The position numbers and the translations under genes were made by a program. 24,000 bases of DNA from Actinospica robiniae DSM 44927 (lineage in GTDB: Bacteria; Actinomycetota; Actinomycetes; Streptomycetales; Catenulisporaceae), in the NCBI RefSeq assembly GCF_000504285.1, contig NZ_KI632511.1, forward strand, positions 5,228,154 to 5,252,153, written 5' to 3'. Every line of letters starts with the position of its first letter. Position 1 is the first letter of the stretch. Below are positions 1 through 13,373 of the stretch, in pieces. Under the pieces are notes generated by a model. It was not told the DNA's origin and searched no databases. It saw only the letters and a program-made list of their open reading frames with translations.

Positions 1-152
1 TGCGTGTTCACCGTGGCGCTGCCGGTGCCGGGGCCGCGGAGCGCCGATCTCACAAACGCACAAACTTCGGGGGAAGCCCGGGCCACAATCGCACAAACTC
101 AGATCAACGAGTGAGTGTCCTACGATCCGAGGCCTGGGCCGCCTCGCGGGGC

Positions 153-776
153 TCAGTCGAAGATGGGCTCGCGGGTGCGGGTCCGCTTGAGCTCGAAGAA
201 GCCGTCGGTGCCTGCCACGAGCAGCACGCCGTCCCACAGCTTCGCCGCCGCTTCGCCCTTGGGCGCCGGCGAGACCACCGGGCCGAAGAACGCCACGCCC
301 TCGGTCGCGATCACCGGGGTGCCCACGTCCATGCCGACCTGGTCCATGCCGGCGTGGTGCGAGGCCTTGAGCGCCTCGTCGTACGCGTCGGTCTCGGCGG
401 CGTCGGCGAGCTCGGCCGGCAGGCCCACCTCGGTCAGCGCGGCCTCGATGGTCTCCCGGTTGAACTCCTGCTTGCCGATGTGGCGGCGGGTGCCGAGGGC
501 GTCGTAGAGCGGGCGCACGACCTCGTCGCCGTGCTGCTGCTGGGCCGCGATCAGCACCCGGACCGGGCCCCAGCCGCGCTGGAGCATCTCCTTGTACTGC
601 TCCGGCAGCTCGTCCCGGCCGCTGTTGAGCACCGAGAGCGACATCACGTGGAAGCGCACGTCGACCGGACGCTGCTTCTCCACCTCCAACAGCCAGCGGC
701 TGGTCATCCAGGCCCACGGGCACAGCGGGTCGACCCACAGGTCGGCGACCGCTCGGTTCTGCGCAGATTCCGTCAT
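153..776 (-). CDS. DsbA-fold thiol oxidoreductase, Rv2466c/mycoredoxin-2-like (207 aa)
   Basis: Track ORF 153..923(-) trimmed to the ATG at 776..774 (M50). N-terminus MTESAQNRAVADLWVDPLCPWAWMTSRW and C-terminus DGFFELKRTRTREPIFD match the Rv2466c family as I remember it, at the same 207-aa length. It is divergent to pepN, as Rv2466c/Rv2467 are in M. tuberculosis. Confidence 0.85.
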   Translation of the reverse strand: MTESAQNRAVADLWVDPLCPWAWMTSRWLLEVEKQRPVDVRFHVMSLSVLNSGRDELPEQYKEMLQRGWGPVRVLIAAQQQHGDEVVRPLYDALGTRRHIGKQEFNRETIEAALTEVGLPAELADAAETDAYDEALKASHHAGMDQVGMDVGTPVIATEGVAFFGPVVSPAPKGEAAAKLWDGVLLVAGTDGFFELKRTRTREPIFD

Positions 777-909
777 GACTGCTCGCAACACCGGCGCGCA
801 CGGCGGCATTCCCGCCCTGCGCCCGCCGCGCGCCGGGCCGGAGGGCATACGATCCTTCCCAGCACAAGACACCTGACCACCGCACCCCAGTAAGGAGCCG
901 TGCAATACA

Positions 910-3465
<2,556 letters not shown>

Positions 3466-3482
3466 GAAACACCGCACGCGCG

Positions 3483-3522
3483 ACAGGGCGCTGATCCGGA
3501 GCGATCCGGGTCAGCGCCCTGT
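3483..3522. terminator. Bidirectional stem-loop between convergent pepN and hbd
   Basis: ACAGGGCGCTGA (3483-3494) pairs perfectly with TCAGCGCCCTGT (3511-3522). Inner extension TCCGGA/TCCGGG closes on a GCGA tetraloop (3501-3504), giving about 18 bp in total with one G.U pair. Followed by TTTC on the plus strand. Lies 18 nt after the pepN stop. Confidence 0.7.
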
Positions 3523-3561
3523 TTCATGCCGGGACGACGCCGCCGAGACGGCGTGGCCGGC

Positions 3562-4413
3562 TCAGCCGTACGCGTAGAACCCGCGGCCGGACTTGCGGCC
3601 CAGGTCCCCGGCCGCGACCATGCGGTTGAGCAGCTCGGGCACGGCGAACTGGTCCGCGTGCGACTCGTTGTAGATGTTCCGGGTCGCGTTGCGCATGATG
3701 TCCACGCCGGTCAGGTCCAGGGTGGCGAGCGGGCCCATCGCGTGGCCGAAGCCGAGCTTGCAGGCCGTGTCGATGTCCTCGGCGGTGGCCACGCCGTTGT
3801 CGAGCAGCCGGACCGCCTCGTTGGCCAGCGCGGCGATCAGCCGGGTGGTGACGAAGCCTGCCACGTCGCGGTTGACCACGATGCAGGTCTTGCCGACGGA
3901 CTCGGCGAACGTCCGGGCCGCGGCCAACGTGTCGTCAGAAGTCTTGTACCCGCGCACCAGCTCGCACAGGGCCATCAGCGGCACCGGCGAGAAGAAGTGA
4001 GTGCCGACCACGGCCTCGGGGCGCTCGGTCACGGCCGCGATCTGGGTGACCGGCAGGGCGGAGGTGTTGGTGCACAGCACCGCGCCGTCCCGGCAGAGCT
4101 TGTCCAGCTCGCGGAACAGGCCCTGCTTGACGTCCAGGTCCTCGAACACCGCCTCGACCACCAGGTCGGCCGAGCCGACCGCGGCCAGCTCGGTGGTGGT
4201 GGTGATCCGGGCCAGCGCGGCCTCGGCCGCCTCCCGGGTCATCTTGTCCTTGCCGACGAACTTCTCGTACGAAGCGGTGATACCGGCCAGACCGCGCGCG
4301 GTGGCGGCGTCCGACACGTCCCTGAGCACCACCTCGTGTCCGGCGGCCGCCGAGACCTGGGCGATGCCGGAACCCATCAGGCCGGCACCGATCACAGCGA
4401 TTCTCATAGTCAT
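3562..4413 (-). CDS. hbd: 3-hydroxybutyryl-CoA / 3-hydroxyacyl-CoA dehydrogenase (NAD-binding)
   Basis: 283-aa ORF with Rossmann N-terminus MTMRIAVIGAGLMGSGIAQ. Length and C-terminal dimerisation region are typical of Hbd/FadB2-type enzymes. Alternative start is M3 at 4407. Confidence 0.9.
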   Translation of the reverse strand: MTMRIAVIGAGLMGSGIAQVSAAAGHEVVLRDVSDAATARGLAGITASYEKFVGKDKMTREAAEAALARITTTTELAAVGSADLVVEAVFEDLDVKQGLFRELDKLCRDGAVLCTNTSALPVTQIAAVTERPEAVVGTHFFSPVPLMALCELVRGYKTSDDTLAAARTFAESVGKTCIVVNRDVAGFVTTRLIAALANEAVRLLDNGVATAEDIDTACKLGFGHAMGPLATLDLTGVDIMRNATRNIYNESHADQFAVPELLNRMVAAGDLGRKSGRGFYAYG

Positions 4414-4450
4414 GTCGGCAGCCTACTAGCGAGTAGGTATCCTCGGCCCC
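4414..4450. promoter_or_regulatory. 37-bp divergent intergenic region with two candidate leaderless promoters and a 6-4-6 palindrome
   Basis: Plus strand: TATCCT (4438-4443, TANNNT) lies 7 nt before the ATG at 4451. Minus strand: TAGGCT (4425-4420) lies 6 nt before the ATG at 4413. Neither start has a Shine-Dalgarno. Palindrome CCTACT-agcg-AGTAGG at 4422-4437. Confidence 0.45.
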
Positions 4451-5035
4451 ATGGCAGTCAACCTCACACGCATCTACACCAGGACCGGCGACGACGGGAG
4501 CACCCGGCTCGGCGACATGAGCAAGACCTCGAAGACCGACCCCCGGCTGATCGCCTACGCGGACACCGACGAGGCCAACTCCTCGATCGGCGTGGCCATC
4601 GCCATGGGCGGCCTGCGGGACGAGGTCGTCACGACCCTGACGAGGATTCAGAACGAACTGTTCGACGTGGGCGCGGACCTGTGCAACCCGGTCGTCGAGA
4701 ACCCGCAGCACCCCCCGCTCAGGGTGGAGCAGCAGGACATCGACCGGCTCGAACGGGACTGCGACCACTACCTCGAGCCGCTGGAGAAGCTGCGCTCGTT
4801 CATCCTGCCGAGCGGCACGCCGGGCAGCGCCCTGCTGCACGTCTCGCGCACGGTGGTGCGCCGGGCCGAGCGTTCGGCCTGGACGGCGTTGGAGGCGGAG
4901 GGGCAGAGCATGAACGTGCTCACCGCCAAGTACCTCAACCGGCTCTCCGACCTGCTGTTCATCCTGGCCAGAGACGCCAACCGGGAGGCGGGCGGCGACG
5001 TGCTGTGGGTGCCCGGGGCGAGCCGGGAGGGCTGA
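4451..5035 (+). CDS. PduO-type ATP:cob(I)alamin adenosyltransferase
   Basis: 194-aa ORF. N-terminal IYTRTGDDGSTRLGD motif and the helical-bundle remainder are typical of the Cob_adeno_trans/PduO family. It occupies the position of Rv1314c next to the atp/DUF2550 genes. Confidence 0.9.
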   Translation: MAVNLTRIYTRTGDDGSTRLGDMSKTSKTDPRLIAYADTDEANSSIGVAIAMGGLRDEVVTTLTRIQNELFDVGADLCNPVVENPQHPPLRVEQQDIDRLERDCDHYLEPLEKLRSFILPSGTPGSALLHVSRTVVRRAERSAWTALEAEGQSMNVLTAKYLNRLSDLLFILARDANREAGGDVLWVPGASREG

Positions 5036-5050
5036 GCGGCCGAGAGCGCG

Positions 5051-5623
5051 TCAGGAAACTCGGGAGACGCCCTGGCCCGGAGGCGCCGCCTCCAGCCAGG
5101 ACAGGAAGCCGGTCAGGGCGTCCTCGGACAGGGCCAGCTCGGCGTAGCCGGCGCCGAAGCGGCAGTCGAGGATGGTCCAGCCGGGGAAGAGCGCGAGCTC
5201 CTCGGTGCCCTCGGGCGCCCGGCGGCCTATCACCTCGAGGTCCCGGCGGGTGAGCACCGCGGCCGGGCGGAAGGCGTAGGAGAAGATGCGGTACCAGTCC
5301 ACCCGGTCCGCGCCGTACTGCGCGATCCCGTAGGACCAGCCGCGGCCGTCGCGCACGGCGGCGGCGGTGAGCGGGGTGCCGGTGCCGCGCACCGGGCCGG
5401 CCTCCGGGGCGTCCTCGGGCGCGGACCCGCTCAAGCGCGAAGCAGCCCGCGTCGCCCCCGGCAGAGCGGGAGTCAGACGCAGGCTGCAGTCGAAGGTGCC
5501 GCCCCGGCGCCGGATCATCACCCGGCGCAGGAACAGAGCGCCTATCGCGAGAAGGACGAGCAGGCACAGCGAGAGAACGAAACCGAGGACGGCGCTCAAC
5601 ATCGCCGACCTGCCCAGCCGCAC
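5051..5623 (-). CDS. DUF2550-family membrane-anchored protein (Rv1312-like)
   Basis: One N-terminal TM helix (LSAVLGFVLSLCLLVLLAIGALFL), then GGTFDCSLRL ... WYRIFSYAF ... LTGFLSWLEAAPPG. Sits immediately downstream of atpC, as is usual in actinobacteria. The start is ambiguous: GTG at 5623 or ATG at 5602. Confidence 0.75.
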   Translation of the reverse strand: MRLGRSAMLSAVLGFVLSLCLLVLLAIGALFLRRVMIRRRGGTFDCSLRLTPALPGATRAASRLSGSAPEDAPEAGPVRGTGTPLTAAAVRDGRGWSYGIAQYGADRVDWYRIFSYAFRPAAVLTRRDLEVIGRRAPEGTEELALFPGWTILDCRFGAGYAELALSEDALTGFLSWLEAAPPGQGVSRVS

Positions 5624-5647
5624 GTGCTCAACGCTGCCCCCCGCCGG

Positions 5648-6040
5648 CTATCGGCCGACGGCGCGAAGCCGCAGCTCCGCTCGGGCCGCGGCGGCCTCGG
5701 AATCCGCGCCGTAGCCGCCCGCCTGGGCGGTGGCCAGGGACTCCTGGGCGCGAGCCGCGTCGATGTCGTCGACGAGTTCGGCCGCCTCGCTCAGCAGCGA
5801 GACCCGGTCGTCGGCCACCGAGATGAAGCCTCCGTGCACCGTGGCTCGCAGGATCTCGCCCGGCGCCCCGTCCACGACCGTCTTGATGGTGACCACGCTC
5901 GGATTCATCACCGAGAGGATCGGCTGGTGCTTGGGCATGATGCCCACCTCGCCGTCCGCCGTCTTCGCGACGACGAGCGAGGCCTTGCCCGACCAGACCT
6001 CCCGGTCGGCCGCGACCAATGCCACGTCGAGTTCAGCCAT
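5648..6040 (-). CDS. atpC: F1 ATP synthase epsilon subunit
   Basis: Track ORF 5648..6193 trimmed to the ATG at 6040 (MAELDVALVAADREVWSGKASLVVAKT...). GAGGAG Shine-Dalgarno upstream. 130 aa, last gene of the operon. Confidence 0.93.
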   Translation of the reverse strand: MAELDVALVAADREVWSGKASLVVAKTADGEVGIMPKHQPILSVMNPSVVTIKTVVDGAPGEILRATVHGGFISVADDRVSLLSEAAELVDDIDAARAQESLATAQAGGYGADSEAAAARAELRLRAVGR

Positions 6041-6087
6041 GGGTGCGGCTCCTCTACCACTAGTGACGTGAAGTTTACCGGATACCA

Positions 6088-6128
6088 CCGGTCCCCTCCG
6101 ACCCGTCTCGCGGATCGGAGGGGACCGG
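6088..6128 (-). other. Perfect 14-bp GC-rich stem-loop inside the atp operon (atpD-atpC spacer)
   Basis: CCGGTCCCCTCCGA (6088-6101) is the exact reverse complement of TCGGAGGGGACCGG (6115-6128), with a 13-nt loop. On the mRNA it starts 13 nt after the atpD stop and ends 47 nt before the atpC ATG. No U-tract follows. Confidence 0.7.
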
Positions 6129-6141
6129 CGTGGTCCGGAAC

Positions 6142-8483
<2,342 letters not shown>

Positions 8484-8534
8484 TGCCTCAGCCCTCCTTC
8501 CTGAACTCGATGCGGATCACTCGGGGCATGGTGC

Positions 8535-10175
8535 TCAGCCCTTCGCGTGACGGGTGATCGTCTCCTGGCCCACGTCGGCCCGGTCCAGCGGCGTGACCGC
8601 GACATCGCCGCGCAGCAGCGAGCCGTCCGCCTTCTCGAACGAGTCCTTGAACTCGTTCACCGCCGCCTTGAGCAGGCCCTCGGTGTCGCTCGAGAGCTTC
8701 TCGTTCTTGGCCGCGATGGACTGCAGGATCTGCGGCTTCGAGGACTTGAGGTAGGTGAGGAGCTCGGACTCGAACCGGCGCACGTCCTGCACCGGGACCT
8801 CGTCGAGCTCGCCCGAGGTGCCCGACCAGATCGAGACGACCTGGTCCTCGACCGGGTACGGGGAGTACTGCGGCTGCTTGAGCAGCTCGACCATCCGCTG
8901 ACCGCGGGCCAGCTGCGCCTTCGAGGCGTCGTCCAGGTCCGAGGCGAAGGCCGCGAAGGCCTCCAGGTCGCGGAACTGGGCGAGCTCCACCCGGAGCGAG
9001 CCGGAGACCTGGCGCATCGCCTTGACCTGCGCCGAGCCGCCGACCCGGGAGACCGAGGTACCGACGTTCACGGCCGGGCGCACGCCCGAGAGGAACAGGT
9101 CGGTCTCCAGGAAGCACTGGCCGTCGGTGATGGAGATGACGTTGGTCGGGATGAACGCGGAGATGTCGTTCGCCTTGGTCTCCACGATCGGCAGGCCGGT
9201 CATCGAGCCCGCGCCCATCTCGTCCGAGAGCTTCGCGCAGCGCTCGAGCAGGCGGGAGTGCAGGTAGAAGACGTCGCCGGGGTAGGCCTCGCGGCCCGGC
9301 GGGCGGCGCAGCAGCAGGGACATGGCGCGGTAGGCCTCGGCCTGCTTGGACAGGTCGTCGAAGACGATCAGCACGTGCTTGCCGGCGTACATCCAGTGCT
9401 GGCCGATGGCCGAGCCGGTGTACGGGGCGAGGTACTTGAAGCCGGCCGGGTCGGACGCCGGGGCGGCGACGATCGTGGTGTACTCCAGCGCGCCGTTGTC
9501 CTCCAGCGCCTGGCGCACGGCCGCGATGGTCGAGCCCTTCTGGCCGACCGCGACGTAGATGCAGCGCACCTGCTTGTCGGGGTCGCCCGACTCCCAGTTG
9601 GCGCGCTGGTTGAGGATCGTGTCGATGCAGACCGCGGTCTTGCCGGTCTGCCGGTCGCCGATGATCAGCTGACGCTGGCCGCGGCCGATCGGGGTCATCG
9701 AGTCGATGGCCTTGATGCCGGTCTGCAGCGGCTCGCTGACCGACTGGCGCTGCATGACGGAAGGCGCCTGCAGCTCCAGGATGCGCCGGCCCTCGGCCTC
9801 GATCGGGCCGAGGCCGTCGATCGGGTTGCCGAGCGGGTCGACCACGCGGCCCATGAACTTGTCGCCGACCGGGGTGGAGAGGATCTCGCCGGTCCGCCGG
9901 ACCGTCTGCCCCTCCTCGATGCCGCTGTAGTCGCCCATGACCACGACGCCGATCTCGCGCACGTCGAGGTTCAGGGCGATGCCGAGGGTGCCGTCCTCGA
10001 ACTTCAGCAGCTCGTTGGTCATGGCCGAGGGCAGGCCCTCGACCTTGGCGATGCCGTCACCGATCTCGGTGACCGTACCGACCTCGTCTACGTTGGCGGC
10101 CGAAGGCTCGTACGAGGCGACGAAGCGCTCCAGCGCGTCCCGGATCTCCTCCGGACGGATCGTAAGCTCCGCCAT
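8535..10175 (-). CDS. atpA: F1 ATP synthase alpha subunit
   Basis: 546 aa with Walker [10 protein letters not shown]. Conserved throughout. Confidence 0.98.
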   Translation of the reverse strand: MAELTIRPEEIRDALERFVASYEPSAANVDEVGTVTEIGDGIAKVEGLPSAMTNELLKFEDGTLGIALNLDVREIGVVVMGDYSGIEEGQTVRRTGEILSTPVGDKFMGRVVDPLGNPIDGLGPIEAEGRRILELQAPSVMQRQSVSEPLQTGIKAIDSMTPIGRGQRQLIIGDRQTGKTAVCIDTILNQRANWESGDPDKQVRCIYVAVGQKGSTIAAVRQALEDNGALEYTTIVAAPASDPAGFKYLAPYTGSAIGQHWMYAGKHVLIVFDDLSKQAEAYRAMSLLLRRPPGREAYPGDVFYLHSRLLERCAKLSDEMGAGSMTGLPIVETKANDISAFIPTNVISITDGQCFLETDLFLSGVRPAVNVGTSVSRVGGSAQVKAMRQVSGSLRVELAQFRDLEAFAAFASDLDDASKAQLARGQRMVELLKQPQYSPYPVEDQVVSIWSGTSGELDEVPVQDVRRFESELLTYLKSSKPQILQSIAAKNEKLSSDTEGLLKAAVNEFKDSFEKADGSLLRGDVAVTPLDRADVGQETITRHAKG

Positions 10176-10271
10176 CAGTGTTCCTGTCTCCTAAGTCTTC
10201 TCGGACGCCTGCGGTACTTCGCCGTCGCCCGCGAACTCGTCGTGGGGTACTGCTATGTCTGTGAAACTGTG

Positions 10272-11084
10272 TCAGGCCGCGAAGCCACGGGAGGCTTCGG
10301 CGAGCCGGGTGGCCAGCGAGCCGTCGATGATGTCGTCGCCGATCCGGATCGTCATTCCGCCGATCAGGGACGGGTCGAGCTCGACGTTCAGCCGGACCTG
10401 CTTGCCGTAACTGCGCGCGAGGATGGCGGTGAGCCGTTCGCGCTGGGCCTCGGTGAGCGGGACGACCGCGGTGACCAGGGCCGTGATCCGCTCGCGGTGC
10501 GCCGCCGCGATGGCGCCGAGCCGCTCGACGCCGGTCAGCACCGACTCGCCGCGCTGGTTGGCCACCACCCGGTGGATCAGCCGCAGCGCCGAGGGGCTGG
10601 CCTTGCCCGCGAGCAGCGAGTCGACCAGTCCGGTGCGCTGCACCGACGGGGTCCGCTCGCTCAGGCCGTTGGCCAGTTCCGGCTCGGAGGCGAGGATGCG
10701 CCCGAAGCGGAACAGGTCGTCCTCGACCGCGTCGAGGCTGCCGGCGCGCTCCGCGAGGGCGAGCTCGGCCTCCACGGCCAGCTCGTCGATCGCCTCGGCC
10801 AGGTCGCGCGGCTGGGACCAGCGGCTGCGGACCACGCCCGCGACCAGGTCCACCGCACCCCCGCCGACCTTGCCGGTGAGCAGCTCGGTCGCCAGCGCCG
10901 CGCGCTGGTCGCCCGAACGGGCCGGGTCGGTCAGCAGCCGGCGCAGCGAGATCTCCCGACCGAACAGGCCGGCGATCGCGGCCAGGTCGTCCGAGAGCGC
11001 GGTGACGTCGGTCGTGGGGACCGAGGTCAACGCCGCCAGGGCCTCGCGCGCCGCGGCGAGCGACTCCCCACTAGCGCCACGCAT
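10272..11084 (-). CDS. atpH: F1 ATP synthase delta (OSCP) subunit, long actinobacterial form
   Basis: 270 aa. The C-terminus LIGGMTIRIGDDIIDGSLATRLAEA is the delta/OSCP signature. The ATG lies 2 nt after the atpF stop. Confidence 0.93.
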   Translation of the reverse strand: MRGASGESLAAAREALAALTSVPTTDVTALSDDLAAIAGLFGREISLRRLLTDPARSGDQRAALATELLTGKVGGGAVDLVAGVVRSRWSQPRDLAEAIDELAVEAELALAERAGSLDAVEDDLFRFGRILASEPELANGLSERTPSVQRTGLVDSLLAGKASPSALRLIHRVVANQRGESVLTGVERLGAIAAAHRERITALVTAVVPLTEAQRERLTAILARSYGKQVRLNVELDPSLIGGMTIRIGDDIIDGSLATRLAEASRGFAA

Positions 11085-11086
11085 GT

Positions 11087-11647
11087 TCAGCCCACCTTCT
11101 GGGCCGCGCCCAGCTTGGCGTCGAGCTCGTCCAGGAACCGGTCGACGATCCGCTCCTGCAGAGCGGCGTCCTGCGCCCGCTCGCCGACGATCTTGTCGGC
11201 CAGCTCGGTCGCCAGCTTGCCGAGGTCGGCCTTGAGCACGTTGACCGCGCTGTTGCGGTCGGCCTCGAGCTGGGTGTGCGCGGAGGCGATGATGGCCTCC
11301 TTCTGCACGTTGGCCTCGGTGCGGGCCTGCTCCACCAGCGCCGCGCCGTCGGCCTGCGCCTTGGCCCGGATGTCCGCGGTGGAGTGGCGCAGCTCGGCCA
11401 TCTGAGCCTGAGCGTCGGCCTTCACCTGCGCGGCCTCGGCCTGGGCGAGCTCGGCCTTGTGCAGACCGCCCTCGATGGCCTCGGACCGCTCGTCCAGGGT
11501 CTTGCGGATGTTCGGCAGTGCCTTCGTGTACAGGAAGTAGAACACGATCGCGAAGGCGATGATGCCGATGATCAGCTCGGGGAGCTCCGGGAGGATCGGA
11601 TTGGAGATGTTGACCGAGCTGTCGGCCAGGTACGTGACGGGGGTCAC
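11087..11647 (-). CDS. atpF: Fo ATP synthase subunit b
   Basis: 186 aa with one N-terminal TM helix (LIIGIIAFAIVFYFLY) followed by a long A/E/Q-rich helix. GTG start with AAGGAGG 7 nt upstream. Confidence 0.93.
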   Translation of the reverse strand: MTPVTYLADSSVNISNPILPELPELIIGIIAFAIVFYFLYTKALPNIRKTLDERSEAIEGGLHKAELAQAEAAQVKADAQAQMAELRHSTADIRAKAQADGAALVEQARTEANVQKEAIIASAHTQLEADRNSAVNVLKADLGKLATELADKIVGERAQDAALQERIVDRFLDELDAKLGAAQKVG

Positions 11648-11685
11648 GGGTGAACCTCCTTCTTCGACTCTTGAGTCGCGAGGAC

Positions 11686-11988
<303 letters not shown>

Positions 11989-12010
11989 TCAAAGTGGTCT
12001 GGGCGGCCGG

Positions 12011-12844
12011 TCAGTGCCCGGCCGAGACGCCCTCGCCGATGTACTGGGCGGTGAGCATCGTGAAGATGTAGGCCTGCAGCGCCTGGATCACCATCTCGAA
12101 CGCGGTCAGGACCACGACCATCACGGCCGAGCCGGCCGCGAAGATCACGCTGAAGGTGGCGCTGGCCAGGTACCAGGTGGCGAGAGTGAAGGTGGCCAGC
12201 AGCAGGTGGCCGGCGAACATGTTCGCGAACAGCCGGATCATCAGGGTGAACGGCTGGATGATCAGGACCCGGAGCCACTCGACCGGCACCAGGATGATCA
12301 TGACCGGCCACGGCACGCCCTTGGGCACCACGTTCTTGAGGAAGCCGAAGAAGCCCTGGTGCTTGATCGCCTGATACCAGTAGGTCAGGTAGACCATGAT
12401 CATCAGCGAGGCCGGGAAGGCGATGAACGCGGTCACCGGCTGCTGCGCGATCGGGATGATCTCCATCAGGTTCATGCACCAGATGAAGAAGAACAGGCCG
12501 ACCAGGAACGGTACGAACCGGTCCGCGGTCTTGCCGATCATCGGGCGGGCGATCTGGTCGCGGATGAACAGGTAGCCCACCTCGCCGATGTTCTGCACAC
12601 CCCTGGGCACCAGCCGCGGGCTGCGGAAGGCGCTCCAGAAGAAGAGCACGACCAGGCCGGCGCAGATCAGCGCGAGCAGTTCCGGCTTGTAGAAACCGTA
12701 ACTGCCGAGGTGGAAGATCGGCTTGAAGTTGAAGTCGCCGAGCGACGGGGGCACGAAGCCGCAGTTGCTGCCGGCGTGCGCGTCCGTGGGGGAACAGTCG
12801 CCGCCGCTGGCGAGTAGCACAGTGCTCGCGATCGCCGCACTCAC
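12011..12844 (-). CDS. atpB: Fo ATP synthase subunit a
   Basis: 277 aa, polytopic. Conserved Arg in LMIRLFANMFAGHLLL. GTG start with AAGGAG 7 nt upstream. Confidence 0.95.
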   Translation of the reverse strand: MSAAIASTVLLASGGDCSPTDAHAGSNCGFVPPSLGDFNFKPIFHLGSYGFYKPELLALICAGLVVLFFWSAFRSPRLVPRGVQNIGEVGYLFIRDQIARPMIGKTADRFVPFLVGLFFFIWCMNLMEIIPIAQQPVTAFIAFPASLMIMVYLTYWYQAIKHQGFFGFLKNVVPKGVPWPVMIILVPVEWLRVLIIQPFTLMIRLFANMFAGHLLLATFTLATWYLASATFSVIFAAGSAVMVVVLTAFEMVIQALQAYIFTMLTAQYIGEGVSAGH

Positions 12845-12920
12845 CGGGTTTCTCCTTCGGCTTTACGCATGGGGGTCCGCCATCTGTCGGGGACGGTCTG
12901 ACAGTGTTTCGTAAGACGGT

Positions 12921-13259
12921 TCATCCGCCGGAGCGGGGACGTGTGGGGGCCGCCGCGATCCGCTGTCGCTCGTCGGCCCTGGCCGATCGATTGGCCAGCC
13001 AGATCGTGTAGACGATCGAGACGACCATGCCGAACAGCGTGCCGAACAACAGCAGGATCGGATGACCGAGCCAGCGACCGAGCAGGTAACCGAGGCCGCC
13101 GTAGAGCACGAGCGAGGCGGCCATGTGTCCGACGATGGTCCACATCATGGAGTCCATCGCCCGGCCTGCTTCGCGCTCCCGCTCGGCTTCGTCCTCGTCC
13201 CACTCGCGCGGATCGGGCTCAGCGTGGAAAGGGCGGGTCTTCGGGCTCATCACCGGCAC
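12921..13259 (-). CDS. AtpZ/AtpI-family small membrane protein (ATPase_gene1-like)
   Basis: Two TM helices (WTIVGHMAASLVLYGGLGYLLGRWLGHPILLLFGTLFGMVVSIVYTIW) resemble the small proteins encoded upstream of atpB. The acidic N-terminal tail is unusual. The start is uncertain: GTG 13259, GTG 13253 or ATG 13250. Confidence 0.7.
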   Translation of the reverse strand: MPVMSPKTRPFHAEPDPREWDEDEAEREREAGRAMDSMMWTIVGHMAASLVLYGGLGYLLGRWLGHPILLLFGTLFGMVVSIVYTIWLANRSARADERQRIAAAPTRPRSGG

Positions 13260-13373
13260 CGATTCGGGCCCCGGCGTGCTCGCGACACAGCTGCGCGCCG
13301 CGACGACGGCGCAAGGTGTGGCCCGGCCGAGCGCGGTGGCTCGTCCGTGCGACAGCGTGGCGGGAGCGGACGC

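Noticed and set aside
1-114. A frame-1 open reading frame running from the window edge to TGA at 112-114. It contains the repeated GCACAAACT (58-66 and 91-99) and CACAA-type motifs.
   Set aside because: Only 37 codons are visible, and GC3 drops sharply after about codon 15. No family is recognisable, and the gene context is cut off by the window edge. I cannot tell whether this is a CDS tail or an intergenic repeat or operator.
126-144. A short hairpin, CGAGGC-CTGGGCC-GCCTCG, just downstream of the DsbA-like gene stop.
   Set aside because: It has only 6 bp and no U-tract, which is indistinguishable from chance in this GC-rich sequence.
8547-11405. A 952-aa plus-strand ORF, and similar long ORFs in the track: 111-893(+), 1900-3477(-), 3526-5253(+), 6130-7797(+), 11891-12817(+), 14062-15279(-), 14076-15302(+), 15286-16773(+), 15395-16843(-), 17111-17929(-), 19490-20278(+), 21378-23369(+), 22372-23298(+).
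   Set aside because: All are antisense or out-of-frame shadows of strongly conserved genes (atp subunits, pepN, hbd, wecA, glyA, rpf, prfA, rho). Their translations are monotonous R/G/A/P/H/D-rich strings with no recognisable motifs. Long stop-free frames are expected in DNA this GC-rich.
11665-11678. A palindrome, CGACTCTTGAGTCG, between atpE and atpF.
   Set aside because: As RNA it would leave a 2-nt loop, at best 5 bp with a 4-nt loop. It is too weak and short to call a structural element.
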